Shown here in pieces: positions 8,326 through 18,168 of a DNA stretch of 64,000 nucleotides; within the stretch, counting starts at the first letter, position 1, and each line of letters opens with the position of its first letter. The stretch is from Bacteroidota bacterium (GTDB taxonomy: Bacteria > Bacteroidota > Ignavibacteria > Kryptoniales > JAKASW01). The position numbers and the translations under genes are program-made. Location: contig JAJZNW010000037.1 of NCBI GenBank assembly GCA_021811615.1, positions 13,623 to 77,622 of the forward strand, in the 5' to 3' direction. The notes beneath the pieces were generated by a model. It saw only the letters and a list, made by a program, of their open reading frames with translations. It was not told where the DNA came from and did no database searches.

Positions 8326-9717
8326 GTGAAGCTCGCCTGGTACATACTTAAGCGGCACATTGGGCCGTTCGTATTTTCGAACATCGTCATCACATTTATC
8401 TTTCTCCTCCAGTTCCTCATGCAATCGATGGATCAGATCGTGGGAAAGGGACTGAGCCTGACCGTCATCACACAATTGATCGTATTCAATCTGGCATGGA
8501 TAGTGGTCCTTGCCGTTCCGATGTCGGTTCTGGTCGCGGTCCTCATGGCCTTCGGGGGACTCTCGGCCAGCAACGAGGTAACTGCAATCAAGGGTTCAGG
8601 CATAAGCCTGATCAGGATGATGCTCCCTGTTCTGATCGCATCCGTCGGCGTGTTTTATTTGCTCGTTCTCTTCGACAACGACGTCCTTCCGGATGCAAAT
8701 CATGAAGCAAAGACCATAATGATCGACATCAGGAGAAAGAAACCGACATTCACGATCGAGCCCGGACAATTCTCACAGGAGATCGACGGCCACGCAATTC
8801 TCGTAAGGAAGACGGTGCCAAACTCGACAGAGCTTTACGGAGTTACCATATTCGATTTTTCAGACCCGCAGAAATTCACGACAATCACGGCTAAACGAGG
8901 CAAGGTCGGCTTTTCCCCCGACTTGAAACACCTCATTATGGTCCTTTACGATGGCGAAGTGGACGAGTACAATAACAACCAGGTCGGCATTTATCAAAGG
9001 GTCAGGTTCAAGCATCAACAGATAGTCTTGAGAGCCGAGGGCTTCGCATATGAACAGTCGTCTGAAAACGCTTTCCAGCGAGGCGACCGCGAGCTAAGCG
9101 CCGATTCAATGGAATCGATTGTGAGGGGGATGGTGAAACAGCGGAATATTCTGACGGGGCAGGTCAACAACTACGTCCAGTCGAATTTCCGGAGTCTAAT
9201 ATCGCCTTCTCCGGACGGGTTTCACACGGCGAGGCCGACATCCCGCGAAGGGATCTTCCAGCTCGCCGAGTCGAGGATAAAATCGGCGGGCAACATAGCC
9301 CGCAGCCTTTATTCTAGCGTTAACACGACGCAGGCGGAGATTTACGCTTACGAGGTAGAGATCCAGAAGAAGTACTCGATCCCCTTCGCCGCCATAGTGT
9401 TCGTGTTCCTCGGCGCTCCGCTTGGCATGATGTCACGCCGCGGTAATTTCGGAGTCTCTGCCGGGCTAAGCCTCCTCTTCTTCCTGGTCTATTGGGCCTT
9501 TCTGATAGCTGGCGAGAAACTAGCCGACCGTGAGATGCTGAGTCCCTTCATGGCGATGTGGCTTGCAAATATTGTACTTGGAGGGATGGGGATCGCCCTG
9601 ACCTATAAGGTATCGAGAGAATCGATGATCATCAACTGGGACCGGTTCATGCGTTTCGTTCCTAAGAGGTGGGTATCGGACGAAACGCTTTCCGAAATAT
9701 CCAGACTGGAACGATAG
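8326..9717 (+). CDS. lptF: LptF/LptG-family LPS export permease (YjgP/YjgQ)
   Basis: 463 aa. N-terminal LAWYILKRHIGPF motif, three N-terminal and three C-terminal TM helices around a large periplasmic domain carrying a ~100-aa insert. Immediately followed by a paralogue. Confidence 0.8.
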   Translation: MKLAWYILKRHIGPFVFSNIVITFIFLLQFLMQSMDQIVGKGLSLTVITQLIVFNLAWIVVLAVPMSVLVAVLMAFGGLSASNEVTAIKGSGISLIRMMLPVLIASVGVFYLLVLFDNDVLPDANHEAKTIMIDIRRKKPTFTIEPGQFSQEIDGHAILVRKTVPNSTELYGVTIFDFSDPQKFTTITAKRGKVGFSPDLKHLIMVLYDGEVDEYNNNQVGIYQRVRFKHQQIVLRAEGFAYEQSSENAFQRGDRELSADSMESIVRGMVKQRNILTGQVNNYVQSNFRSLISPSPDGFHTARPTSREGIFQLAESRIKSAGNIARSLYSSVNTTQAEIYAYEVEIQKKYSIPFAAIVFVFLGAPLGMMSRRGNFGVSAGLSLLFFLVYWAFLIAGEKLADREMLSPFMAMWLANIVLGGMGIALTYKVSRESMIINWDRFMRFVPKRWVSDETLSEISRLER

Positions 9718-9718
9718 C

Positions 9719-10804
9719 TTGAAGAAACTCGACATATACATAGTCAAGCAATTCGTCAGCGTAATCCTCTTCTCGCTCCTCGCCTTCGCCGCGATATTCA
9801 TCCTTGTCGACATAATGGACCACCTCGAAAACTTTCTCGATCACGGAGTCGGCCTCCTTCTGATTGCCAGATACTACCTGGTATTTACCCCGGAAATACT
9901 CACGCTCATCACACCGGTCGCCGTCTTGCTCGCTTGTCTATTTACTACCGGCAGGATGTCGAACCAAAACGAGATCGTAATCATAAAAAGTTCGGGCATA
10001 AACATTTACAGAATTCTTCTCCCATTTCTCATTGTTACCAGCGTCATTTGCGTGATTATGATTTACTTCAACGAATGGATCGTCCCGATGGCTAACCATG
10101 AGAAGTACAGGATCGAAAAGATCTACCTTCAGGAGCACCGGGAGGGCTGGTGGAAGTACAATATCTTCATGCTCGACAGCCGCGACCGGATTGTGTCTAT
10201 CGGCTATTATAACGATTACACCAACACGGCCGAACGAGTCTCCGTGCAGGAATTTGCCGATACGAACCTGACGTATCTCGTTCGCCGCTTCGATGCCGCC
10301 AACATGAGATACGACTCTTCCAAGCATGAATGGATTTTGCACAGAGTCATCGAGCGGACGTTCGACGGCAATAAGCAGACGTTTCAGACATTCAGCCGCC
10401 TGCCGTTGAAGGAGATCAGCTTCAAGCCGAGCGACTTGAAGGAGAAGGAGCTTAACCCGAAGGACATGAACTTCAGGCAACTCAAGAGGTTCATTGAACT
10501 CCAGAGGAAAAGCGGCAACGACGTGGCGCGTTATGAAGTCGATTACTACTCGAAGGTCTCCTTTCCGTTTGCTGCGATAATTGTCGTGTTTTTCGGAGTG
10601 CCGCTGGCCGCAAGAAAGAAGAGGAGCGGATTGGCGCTGGAGTTCGGAATAAGCATACTGGTCTCATTTATCTACCTGCTTGTCATAAAAGTCAGCCAGG
10701 TACTCGGGTATGACGGTTTCGTAAACCCCCTCCTGACTGCGTGGCTTGCCAACATCGTCTTCTTTGCGGCGGGAATGTACAACACAGCCCGGGTCGCTCG
10801 CTAA
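9719..10804 (+). CDS. lptG: LptG/LptF-family LPS export permease (YjgP/YjgQ)
   Basis: 361 aa. LDIYIVKQFVSVILFSLLAF N-terminus with a 3+3 TM layout. TTG start 1 nt after the lptF stop, implying translational coupling. Confidence 0.8.
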   Translation: MKKLDIYIVKQFVSVILFSLLAFAAIFILVDIMDHLENFLDHGVGLLLIARYYLVFTPEILTLITPVAVLLACLFTTGRMSNQNEIVIIKSSGINIYRILLPFLIVTSVICVIMIYFNEWIVPMANHEKYRIEKIYLQEHREGWWKYNIFMLDSRDRIVSIGYYNDYTNTAERVSVQEFADTNLTYLVRRFDAANMRYDSSKHEWILHRVIERTFDGNKQTFQTFSRLPLKEISFKPSDLKEKELNPKDMNFRQLKRFIELQRKSGNDVARYEVDYYSKVSFPFAAIIVVFFGVPLAARKKRSGLALEFGISILVSFIYLLVIKVSQVLGYDGFVNPLLTAWLANIVFFAAGMYNTARVAR

Positions 10805-10897
10805 GCCACACGCGTATTGGGGGAACTGACCGCCGATACAGCCTTCTAACCTATCGCTTTTCTGAGGATTAGACCGCCTGACGTTAGTACAGGCCGA

Positions 10898-11701
10898 TCA
10901 TTTTCGGCCGTTCGAGGAGCCTGGAAACTGGAGGTGGATTCTCGGCCTTCCGTTTCTCCAGCTAATTTCCAGCTGGCTCTCAAAGAAATCTGTCAGGTTA
11001 GTTTTCCCAAGGACGTGCTTTGACTCTCCCAGGGAATGCACTTCCCCTTTCTTCAGCAATAGAGTCCGATTGAACACGGGGAGAATTTCCTCCACGTGGT
11101 GAGAGACGTAGAGCATCGTGGGCGAGTTTCCCGACCGCGCGACCTCATTTATCCCGTTGAGGAAGTGTTCCCTCGCGAATATGTCGAGTCCGGTGCACGG
11201 TTCGTCGAGAATGAGAACCTTCGGATTATTCATCATGGATCTCGCGAGGATGACGCGCTGCTTTTCACCCTGCGAGAGAGTCGAGTACGGCCGGCTCATG
11301 AAATCGACGCAGCCGAACTGTTCCATCAGCCCCCATGCTCTCCGGTGGTCTCGCTTCGAGGGAACATCATACAAACCGATGCTGGCAAATCGTCCGCTTA
11401 GTACGATGTCCTCAACTTTCTCCTCGACCATGAGGTTTTCCTGCAGGGATGAACTGACCCAGCCGATGGACTTGCGCAGTTCCCTCAGATCGCAGCTGCC
11501 GAATTTCTTTCCAAGGACGGTGACCTCGCCTTCAGATGGGAAAATGTAGCCGCTGATGATCCCGAGAAGAGAGGTCTTGCCGGACCCGTTCAACCCAATA
11601 ACGGCCCAATGTTCCCCCTGTTCAACCTTCCAGCCGATATTCCGAAGTATGTACTTCCCGTCCCGCTTCCACGAAACGTCTTTCATTTCCAATGATAGCA
11701 T
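10898..11701 (-). CDS. ABC transporter ATP-binding protein (stand-alone)
   Basis: Walker A GLNGSGKTSLL, signature LSQGEKQRV, Walker B LILDEPCTGLD, H-loop YVSHH. Single ABC domain with no adjacent permease or binding-protein gene. Confidence 0.85.
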   Translation of the reverse strand: MLSLEMKDVSWKRDGKYILRNIGWKVEQGEHWAVIGLNGSGKTSLLGIISGYIFPSEGEVTVLGKKFGSCDLRELRKSIGWVSSSLQENLMVEEKVEDIVLSGRFASIGLYDVPSKRDHRRAWGLMEQFGCVDFMSRPYSTLSQGEKQRVILARSMMNNPKVLILDEPCTGLDIFAREHFLNGINEVARSGNSPTMLYVSHHVEEILPVFNRTLLLKKGEVHSLGESKHVLGKTNLTDFFESQLEISWRNGRPRIHLQFPGSSNGRK

Positions 11702-11762
11702 CAGATTGTCGTATTTTCTTTTTTGGTTTCCTTTTTACGGAACGCGATACGCCCCATCATGA

Positions 11763-13748
11763 TTACTTCAAATACCTCACCATCCAGTCGGCCCATCGCC
11801 TGTAAACGTCAGTCGTGTGGACTATATCGCCGGGGAAATGTGAATTCGCCGGATAGACGTAGAACTCGGTCTGCACTCCGTTATCCTGAAGTGCATGGAA
11901 CATTTCGTAGCTGTTCACAATAGGAACGTTGGAGTCGCCGGCGTCGCCCAATATTAAGGTCGGCGCCTTCACCCTGGGGGCGAAAATTATCGGAGATTGG
12001 TCGCGCCAGATGTTCCAATACTTTTTTACCCATGGTGAGCCGCCGAAGAAATACGTATCACCCGCCTGGTAGAATGAAATGGTATAGTCCATAACCCAAT
12101 CGTTGAGCGCCGCGCCTTCGACTGCGGCTTTCCATTTGTCCGGATAATATCCGTTCAGCCAGGAGGTCATGTAGCCTCCGTACGACCAGCCCGATATACC
12201 TATGAGTTTCTTATTGATCATCCCTGTCGCCTCGACCTTTGCAAGTCCCGCCATCACATCTTCTCCAGGACCCTTCCCTGTGTCCCTGTAGAGCGCATGC
12301 TGATATGCATTTCCGAGGTTCGTACTTCCGCGATAGTTCGGCTGGAATACGAAGAATCCGCGCGCACAAAGAAGTTGTACCAGCGAAGAAAAGTTGACGG
12401 TCGATGCCCCTTCCGGTCCACCATGGATGACAAGCACCATCGGATATTTCTTCCCGCTCTCATAACTGACAGGATAGTTCAGTACTCCGTCTTCCTTAAA
12501 CCCGCCGGGACCGGTCCAATTCACACTCTCCACTTTCCCGAGCGAGAGCGAATCGACAAACGAGTTAAAGTCGGTAAGCCTTCGTGGAATCGATTCCACC
12601 GAATTCATAACATAGAGTTCACCGGGGTGGTTCGGGGTGTTGCCGACGAAAGCGATGGCGCCGTTATCCGAAATGCTCAGGATGCCTCCGGGCATTACTT
12701 CGCCGAGATTCAACTCTTTCGCCGGTCCATTCAGCGGCTGGAGCCACATTACCGATCTCGTCCCCTTCTGCCCGGTGAGAAGGAGGCGCCTGCCTCCGGG
12801 AAGCCAGGCGAATTGATCGATGTTTCTGTCGAGGTCTCTCGTGGGATTGAAAATCTTGCCGTTCTCTTCGACGTACACCGCATTGCCGTTGTTCAGATCT
12901 CCGTCGCGAGGGCGCATGAATGCGAGTATTCCGCTACCCGGCGCGTAAACCGGTTCCACCGATGCAGTATCCGGGACGATAGTTCCCACTTTGCCGCCAG
13001 CTACGTTCACCCGGGCAATCGTAGATCCCCAGACATCCCCGTACCAAACATCCGGAAAACGTGCGAAGGCAATCGCACTACCATCAGGGATCCATGAGAG
13101 CGGGGTCATCATCCCCTTGTTGGTGTTGAGACTCCACGTGCCTTCGGTAAGGCGCTTCGGTGTACCACCTTCTGCCGGCACGACCCAGATATGCCAGGGC
13201 TCTACCGCCGCTCTGACGGTGTAGTCGTTCTCGGTGACCTTGAACGCATCTTCATGATGCCTGACAGCTTCAGGATTCGGCACGGTATCCTGGGCGACGA
13301 AGGCAATTTCATGTCCGTCAGGGCTCCAAGAGAATTCCGACACACCCGTCCTGGAATCCGTTATCCTGACGGGATCTCCACCATCCATAGGCATGACGAA
13401 TATCTGCGCTTTCTTCGAACGCGAATCCCACGCGATGAAGCCGAGACTCTTCCCGTCGGGAGACCAGCGGAGATTCGAGATATCATCCCGGTCATAACTG
13501 AGGCTCCGAATCGAACCGGTGGCGACATCGGCGAGCTCGATCTGCGGGACACGCTTGTCTTTTTTCCAATCGACGCGCGAGACAATGAATGCGACCTCCT
13601 TTCCGTTAGGAGAAATTGCCGGGCTCGAGAAGTCGACAATCTTCCTAAGATCTTTCAGCTGGAAAGGTTCATGCACGGGTTGAGCGATCGTGGAGACGGC
13701 TGCTAAAGAGTATATCGCGGCCAAAAGGAGACGACTGGTTGGCTTCAT
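11763..13748 (-). CDS. S9-family serine peptidase (prolyl oligopeptidase / acylaminoacyl-peptidase type)
   Basis: Signal peptide. N-terminal propeller-like repeats (WSPDGK, WSPDGH, WIPDGS). C-terminal alpha/beta-hydrolase with nucleophile elbow GWSYGGYM, then Asp (GDAGDSNVP) and His (NSHFPG). Confidence 0.85.
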   Translation of the reverse strand: MKPTSRLLLAAIYSLAAVSTIAQPVHEPFQLKDLRKIVDFSSPAISPNGKEVAFIVSRVDWKKDKRVPQIELADVATGSIRSLSYDRDDISNLRWSPDGKSLGFIAWDSRSKKAQIFVMPMDGGDPVRITDSRTGVSEFSWSPDGHEIAFVAQDTVPNPEAVRHHEDAFKVTENDYTVRAAVEPWHIWVVPAEGGTPKRLTEGTWSLNTNKGMMTPLSWIPDGSAIAFARFPDVWYGDVWGSTIARVNVAGGKVGTIVPDTASVEPVYAPGSGILAFMRPRDGDLNNGNAVYVEENGKIFNPTRDLDRNIDQFAWLPGGRRLLLTGQKGTRSVMWLQPLNGPAKELNLGEVMPGGILSISDNGAIAFVGNTPNHPGELYVMNSVESIPRRLTDFNSFVDSLSLGKVESVNWTGPGGFKEDGVLNYPVSYESGKKYPMVLVIHGGPEGASTVNFSSLVQLLCARGFFVFQPNYRGSTNLGNAYQHALYRDTGKGPGEDVMAGLAKVEATGMINKKLIGISGWSYGGYMTSWLNGYYPDKWKAAVEGAALNDWVMDYTISFYQAGDTYFFGGSPWVKKYWNIWRDQSPIIFAPRVKAPTLILGDAGDSNVPIVNSYEMFHALQDNGVQTEFYVYPANSHFPGDIVHTTDVYRRWADWMVRYLK

Positions 13749-14004
13749 GGCGGGATCTCGTTAAATGGGTTCTGTGTGAATGGTATTCTTACGACTATCC
13801 ATCAAATCATTGGTATTGTGCTACGCATGTCACGAGGAGATTTTCATATTTGGTTTCCTATGAACTTACTAAGATGTGAATCTTTTATCAATTCGATAAA
13901 CGCTTACTCGACCGTTCTCCACACATTCAATTCGGAAAGAAAGATTCAGGATCCGATCATCGAAAGGAAGAGGTTGAATCTCGCGCAAAAAAAAGACGGA
14001 CTGT

Positions 14005-15738
14005 TCAGCCGATAATCTTGCGTTTCATGATTCGTTTTGCGAAATGGAGCTTGGCAGTTGTTGGGAATTTCGCGGAGACGGTCTTTACTACTCCCTTTGT
14101 GAACCTGGTCGGTTTTGAATAATCGACCTCTACCCCGACAATTACCGGCAACCCGCCGGCGCTCAAGTTAAGGGAGTTTTCAATCACTGGTTTCAGGTCT
14201 TTGTCCGAGGTTATGCCGAAATACCCGGCACCAATCGTTCGCGCGAGCCCTTCCCAGCTTAACTTGCTCAGGACGGTGCATGTTTTTCTATTGTACGTGA
14301 TTTCCTGGCTCTGGGAAATCTGGGACAGCTCGCCGTCGTTGAAGACAAAGTAGACAATCCCGAGTTTCTCGCGGACTGCAGTTACGATCTCCATGCAAGT
14401 CATAAGGAAAGAACCGTCGCCGACAATTCCCACGACCTGCCTTTCCGGATTGGCGAGCTTCGCTCCGATTGCGGCCGGCACGGCATACCCCATGCAGTTA
14501 AAATCGGTCGGAGAGATGACGACGTCCGATTTCAGAGAGGTGAAGAGTTCTGCAGTCAGATATGTATGGTTGCCGTCGTCAACTGCGATCACCGCAGGGC
14601 TTGTCAGCTGTGCGCGAAGCTCGGAAAAGAATTTCGCGGGGTTGACGCGCTGCGTCTTGATCTGCAACCATTCTTTAGAGTAGGCCTTCCGGTCTTTCTC
14701 GATCAGTGCTGTAACGTTTGACCGGGAAGGTGCTGCCCTCCAGGTCCCCAACGCATTCGAGATGCCGGCGAGGACTTCGTGAGCATCCCCTTCTATCGCA
14801 ACACTCGCATGATAGTTTTTGTCGAATACGGAGGGATCGATATCTACGTGAATGAGGTCGGGCGGGACTTTCAGGCCGAAGCTTCCGGTAGGGATCTCGG
14901 CAAATCGAGTTCCGACAGCGAGGAGACAGTCGCAATTTTTGAAGGCATTAAATGCAGCCGGTACCGCAGCGCGGCTGAACCCCATCCCTGCAAACAGCGG
15001 GTGGTCGCCCGGGAAAACGGACAGTCCCTGTAGCGTTGTTGCCACAGGTGCCGAGAGCGATTCGGCAATCTGACGCAGCAGTTCGGTTGAATACCTGGCG
15101 CCCCAGCCGGCAAAAATACCCGGATGTCGCGAGGCTTTCAGGAGTTCTGCCGCTTTTCTTACCTTCTCGTCGTTCACGTCCGGGATCAGCACGGGCGGGA
15201 TACTGCACGATTTATAGTCCCCGCCGTCCCCGGGAAAAAGCTGTATGTTTGCCGGTATCTCGATGAAAACCGGGCCGGGTTTTCCCGAGACCGCAATCCG
15301 ATAAGCTTCAAAAATCGAAGGGACAATCTCATCATGAGAACGGATCCGATAGCTTTTCTTTGTAATAGCTGAAAGGACTGCCTGCTGGTCGATCTCATGA
15401 AGTTGAAAACTCTTTCCAGTATCCGTGCGAATGCCGCCGGAAATAACAAGCAATGGAACTCCGTCGAGAAACGCTTCTCCGATCCCACTCAGTGCATTTG
15501 TCATTCCTGCCGCAGGCACAATGACGAGCGTGCCGATCTCGCCTGAAGTCCGGCTGATCGCGTCCGCGATGAATGCACCCCCAGCCTCGTGAGTAACGAG
15601 GATAGGTCTGATCTTCCGGGAGATCGCCAGTTCGTCGTAGAGCTCAGTGTTGTGCACACCGGGAATTCCGAAAGTGTGACTCACTGGAAGTCGTTCCAGT
15701 GCATAGACGGCAAGGGCCGCTCCGGTAATCTTCATCAT
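14005..15738 (-). CDS. Thiamine-pyrophosphate-dependent enzyme (acetolactate-synthase large-subunit-like)
   Basis: 577 aa. N-terminal Pyr domain (GIPGVHNTELYD, THEAGGAF, PAAGMTNALSGIGEA) and C-terminal TPP-binding motif GIVGDGSFLMT...FNDG. Starts 7 nt after the FAD-dehydrogenase stop. Confidence 0.8.
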   Translation of the reverse strand: MMKITGAALAVYALERLPVSHTFGIPGVHNTELYDELAISRKIRPILVTHEAGGAFIADAISRTSGEIGTLVIVPAAGMTNALSGIGEAFLDGVPLLVISGGIRTDTGKSFQLHEIDQQAVLSAITKKSYRIRSHDEIVPSIFEAYRIAVSGKPGPVFIEIPANIQLFPGDGGDYKSCSIPPVLIPDVNDEKVRKAAELLKASRHPGIFAGWGARYSTELLRQIAESLSAPVATTLQGLSVFPGDHPLFAGMGFSRAAVPAAFNAFKNCDCLLAVGTRFAEIPTGSFGLKVPPDLIHVDIDPSVFDKNYHASVAIEGDAHEVLAGISNALGTWRAAPSRSNVTALIEKDRKAYSKEWLQIKTQRVNPAKFFSELRAQLTSPAVIAVDDGNHTYLTAELFTSLKSDVVISPTDFNCMGYAVPAAIGAKLANPERQVVGIVGDGSFLMTCMEIVTAVREKLGIVYFVFNDGELSQISQSQEITYNRKTCTVLSKLSWEGLARTIGAGYFGITSDKDLKPVIENSLNLSAGGLPVIVGVEVDYSKPTRFTKGVVKTVSAKFPTTAKLHFAKRIMKRKIIG

Positions 15739-15745
15739 CGTCTCC

Positions 15746-17362
15746 TCAATGTTTCGCGATCGCTTTAGCTGCCACCCGGCCGGTCAAAATGCAAGAGCCG
15801 AGGAAGGTTCCCTCGAGCGAACGCTTTCCGTGAATGCCGCCGCCGCCGAATCCGGCCGACTCTCCTGCCGCGTAAAGACCGGGGATCGGTTTACCATTTC
15901 TGTCGACCACCCGACTTTCCATATCTGTCAGAATCCCACCCAGGCTTTTTCGTGACAGTATGAACTCCCTTATGGCAATCAGCGGGTATGCTTTGGGATC
16001 TTCAATCCTCTGATACTTGCAGAGTCGTAATCTATCCCCTCTGTACTTTCTGAAATTCACTAAGAGCTTCATCTGCTCATCCGTCGCCCTATCCTTTCCA
16101 GCCTCGACCTGAGCATCGTACTCCCGTACATCGTTCAGGAAACCCTGAGAGTCAATATGGACTCCCGGCAGGCTCGCCGCCTCCATCCTGGCTGACAATT
16201 CGGAAAGCGAACCCGCTGCTATGAAATCACGCGATTCACGGAGAAGCCGTCTGACAAGATTTCTGTTGCCCAGAAGAATCTCAATATAAAACTTCAACCT
16301 TTGTCTGTTCCTGATCGAAGTCATATAATCTGAACCCGATACTGCCAGTTCCTTGACCGCGATTTTCCAATTGAGTACCTGCCACGAATACTGAGCTGGC
16401 ATCCTGCATATTCTCTCCACAAGATACCTTGTATCGGTATAACCGACGAGTGGGGGTTCTTTGAATCTCCTTCCGGAGGCATCGAGCCAAAGTGCAGAGC
16501 GCGGAGGGACGAGACTGAGGCCGTCGTTAGGTTGGTGCGGTTCCGGATGATGAACCCCAGCTGCGTAGTGCCAATGCTGATCGAGATGAGTGAGGCGGCC
16601 GCCAATCCTCGAGACTGCATCCTGGACGAGCCCGTCGGCGTAACGATGGGATCCGTTCAGGAGAATCTCGGGCGGCTTGCCCAACTCGATATTCCACTGC
16701 TCTCTCACCTTTTTCAGATCGCCTCCGCATATGCCCCCGGACGTGAGTATTACCGCATCGCCGCGCGCTGAAAAGTCATCTCCGGTATCCTCTCGCCTGC
16801 CCGAGACTCCGGATACCACTCCGCCATTCCTGTCGAGATCTTCAACCCGGTGCGAGAACAGCACCGTCAGGTTCTTATATGATGGATGTGCCTCCAGACT
16901 CCTCAGGACCTTTTCCACTATCGCAAATCCCGTTCCCCATGTTATGTGCCATCGAGGAACAGAATTGCCCGGACGGTTCATGCCCCGCTCCGTCCAGTTG
17001 ACTACAGGAAGGAAACTGACTCCCTTTCTCTTGAGCCACTCGTGGATGTATTCGATCGAATTACCGACATAGAATTTCGCCCACTCCATCGGCAGAAGAT
17101 CGTTCTCTTCGTACTCGGCATAGCTCTGCCAATCCGACCACGCGAGAGCTGGTGAATCCTTGATACCCGACCTTCGTTGTTCCGGTGAACCGACAAACAT
17201 GATGCCCCCAAACGATTTCCTTGCAAGGCCCCCGATATTCTCCGGCAAATCTCTTTCAATCAGAAGGACCCTCTTGTTGTAGCCGAGAAGATCGTATGCT
17301 GCCGCAAGTCCGGCAAGCCCGGCTCCGACGATTATCACGTCTGATTGATAATGAGTCGCCAT
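15746..17362 (-). CDS. FAD-binding dehydrogenase (COG3573-like predicted oxidoreductase)
   Basis: Dinucleotide fold DVIIVGAGLAGLAAAYDL and C-terminal GLYAAGESAGFGGGGIHG. The ATG at 17362 is preceded by GGAGGG, so the 19-codon upstream extension to 17419 is probably not translated. Confidence 0.8.
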   Translation of the reverse strand: MATHYQSDVIIVGAGLAGLAAAYDLLGYNKRVLLIERDLPENIGGLARKSFGGIMFVGSPEQRRSGIKDSPALAWSDWQSYAEYEENDLLPMEWAKFYVGNSIEYIHEWLKRKGVSFLPVVNWTERGMNRPGNSVPRWHITWGTGFAIVEKVLRSLEAHPSYKNLTVLFSHRVEDLDRNGGVVSGVSGRREDTGDDFSARGDAVILTSGGICGGDLKKVREQWNIELGKPPEILLNGSHRYADGLVQDAVSRIGGRLTHLDQHWHYAAGVHHPEPHQPNDGLSLVPPRSALWLDASGRRFKEPPLVGYTDTRYLVERICRMPAQYSWQVLNWKIAVKELAVSGSDYMTSIRNRQRLKFYIEILLGNRNLVRRLLRESRDFIAAGSLSELSARMEAASLPGVHIDSQGFLNDVREYDAQVEAGKDRATDEQMKLLVNFRKYRGDRLRLCKYQRIEDPKAYPLIAIREFILSRKSLGGILTDMESRVVDRNGKPIPGLYAAGESAGFGGGGIHGKRSLEGTFLGSCILTGRVAAKAIAKH

Positions 17363-17569
17363 AGTTATTCCCTCCTTCCTCGGACAGATGAAATTATGGA
17401 ACAGGTGAGCCATTTTCAAAGGGCGTCATAGGGGAGTTGCATTTCTTCCCTCCGCCCGGTACTATGATTTCGCAGCAGGGAGTCAGGGCGATGATACAAT
17501 TCCTAAGGCGAGTGCCGTCACTTAACCGGCCGCGTCGTTGTCGGTCGAATTGGATATGAGAAAGATCGC

Positions 17570-18121
17570 ATGGAAGACACGATGAATCATCGTGAGGTGC
17601 CTTTTTCAGAATTGGCGGTAAAAGCGATAATAGTGCATACGGGGACGTATTTCGTGATGGGGCTGTTGGCGATGCAATTCCTGTTTTACGCTCATCGATT
17701 TGCGGGGGGCGATATGCGCGTTTACATTCGACCGTTAAGTGACCCGCTCGCCGCAGCCGGCCCGCTCTTACAACCGATAAGAGGCCTGCTCTTCGCTTTG
17801 GCTTTCTACCCTATAAGGGATTCCCTTTTCAATAGGAAACACGGATGGGCTGTCATGTGGTTGCTACTTGTCGCATTGGGCATACTCTCTACATTCGGGC
17901 CATCACCCGGATCAGTCGAGGGGATTATATATACATCCATGCCGTTTGCACTCCAAGTCTTCTGCCTCCCCGAAGTCATCCTGCAATCTCTTTTTCTCTC
18001 GTCAATTCTCTGTTACTGGATCGCTCACCCCGGAAACAGACGGCTACCATGGGCGATGTGGCTATTATTCTTATCAGCGCTTGCAGCTTCGATACTTGGA
18101 ATAATTCTAAGGCCTGCATAG
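17570..18121 (+). CDS. Hypothetical polytopic membrane protein
   Basis: 183-aa ORF with five to six hydrophobic helices. No recognisable catalytic motif. Confidence 0.5.
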   Translation: MEDTMNHREVPFSELAVKAIIVHTGTYFVMGLLAMQFLFYAHRFAGGDMRVYIRPLSDPLAAAGPLLQPIRGLLFALAFYPIRDSLFNRKHGWAVMWLLLVALGILSTFGPSPGSVEGIIYTSMPFALQVFCLPEVILQSLFLSSILCYWIAHPGNRRLPWAMWLLFLSALAASILGIILRPA

Positions 18122-18168
18122 CGGGATACCGCTATGCCATGCTCCGACGGTTCGTTCTCGAGAATTCG

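Noticed and set aside
12297-13097. 266-aa plus-strand ORF (plus 13191-13706) opposite the S9 peptidase
   Set aside because: Antisense shadow ORFs with no RBS or motif support.
13776-14015. 79-aa plus-strand ORF in the AT-rich spacer upstream of the S9 peptidase
   Set aside because: It has a non-ATG start and no RBS, lies in a region that looks like promoter DNA, and runs into the TPP-enzyme stop.
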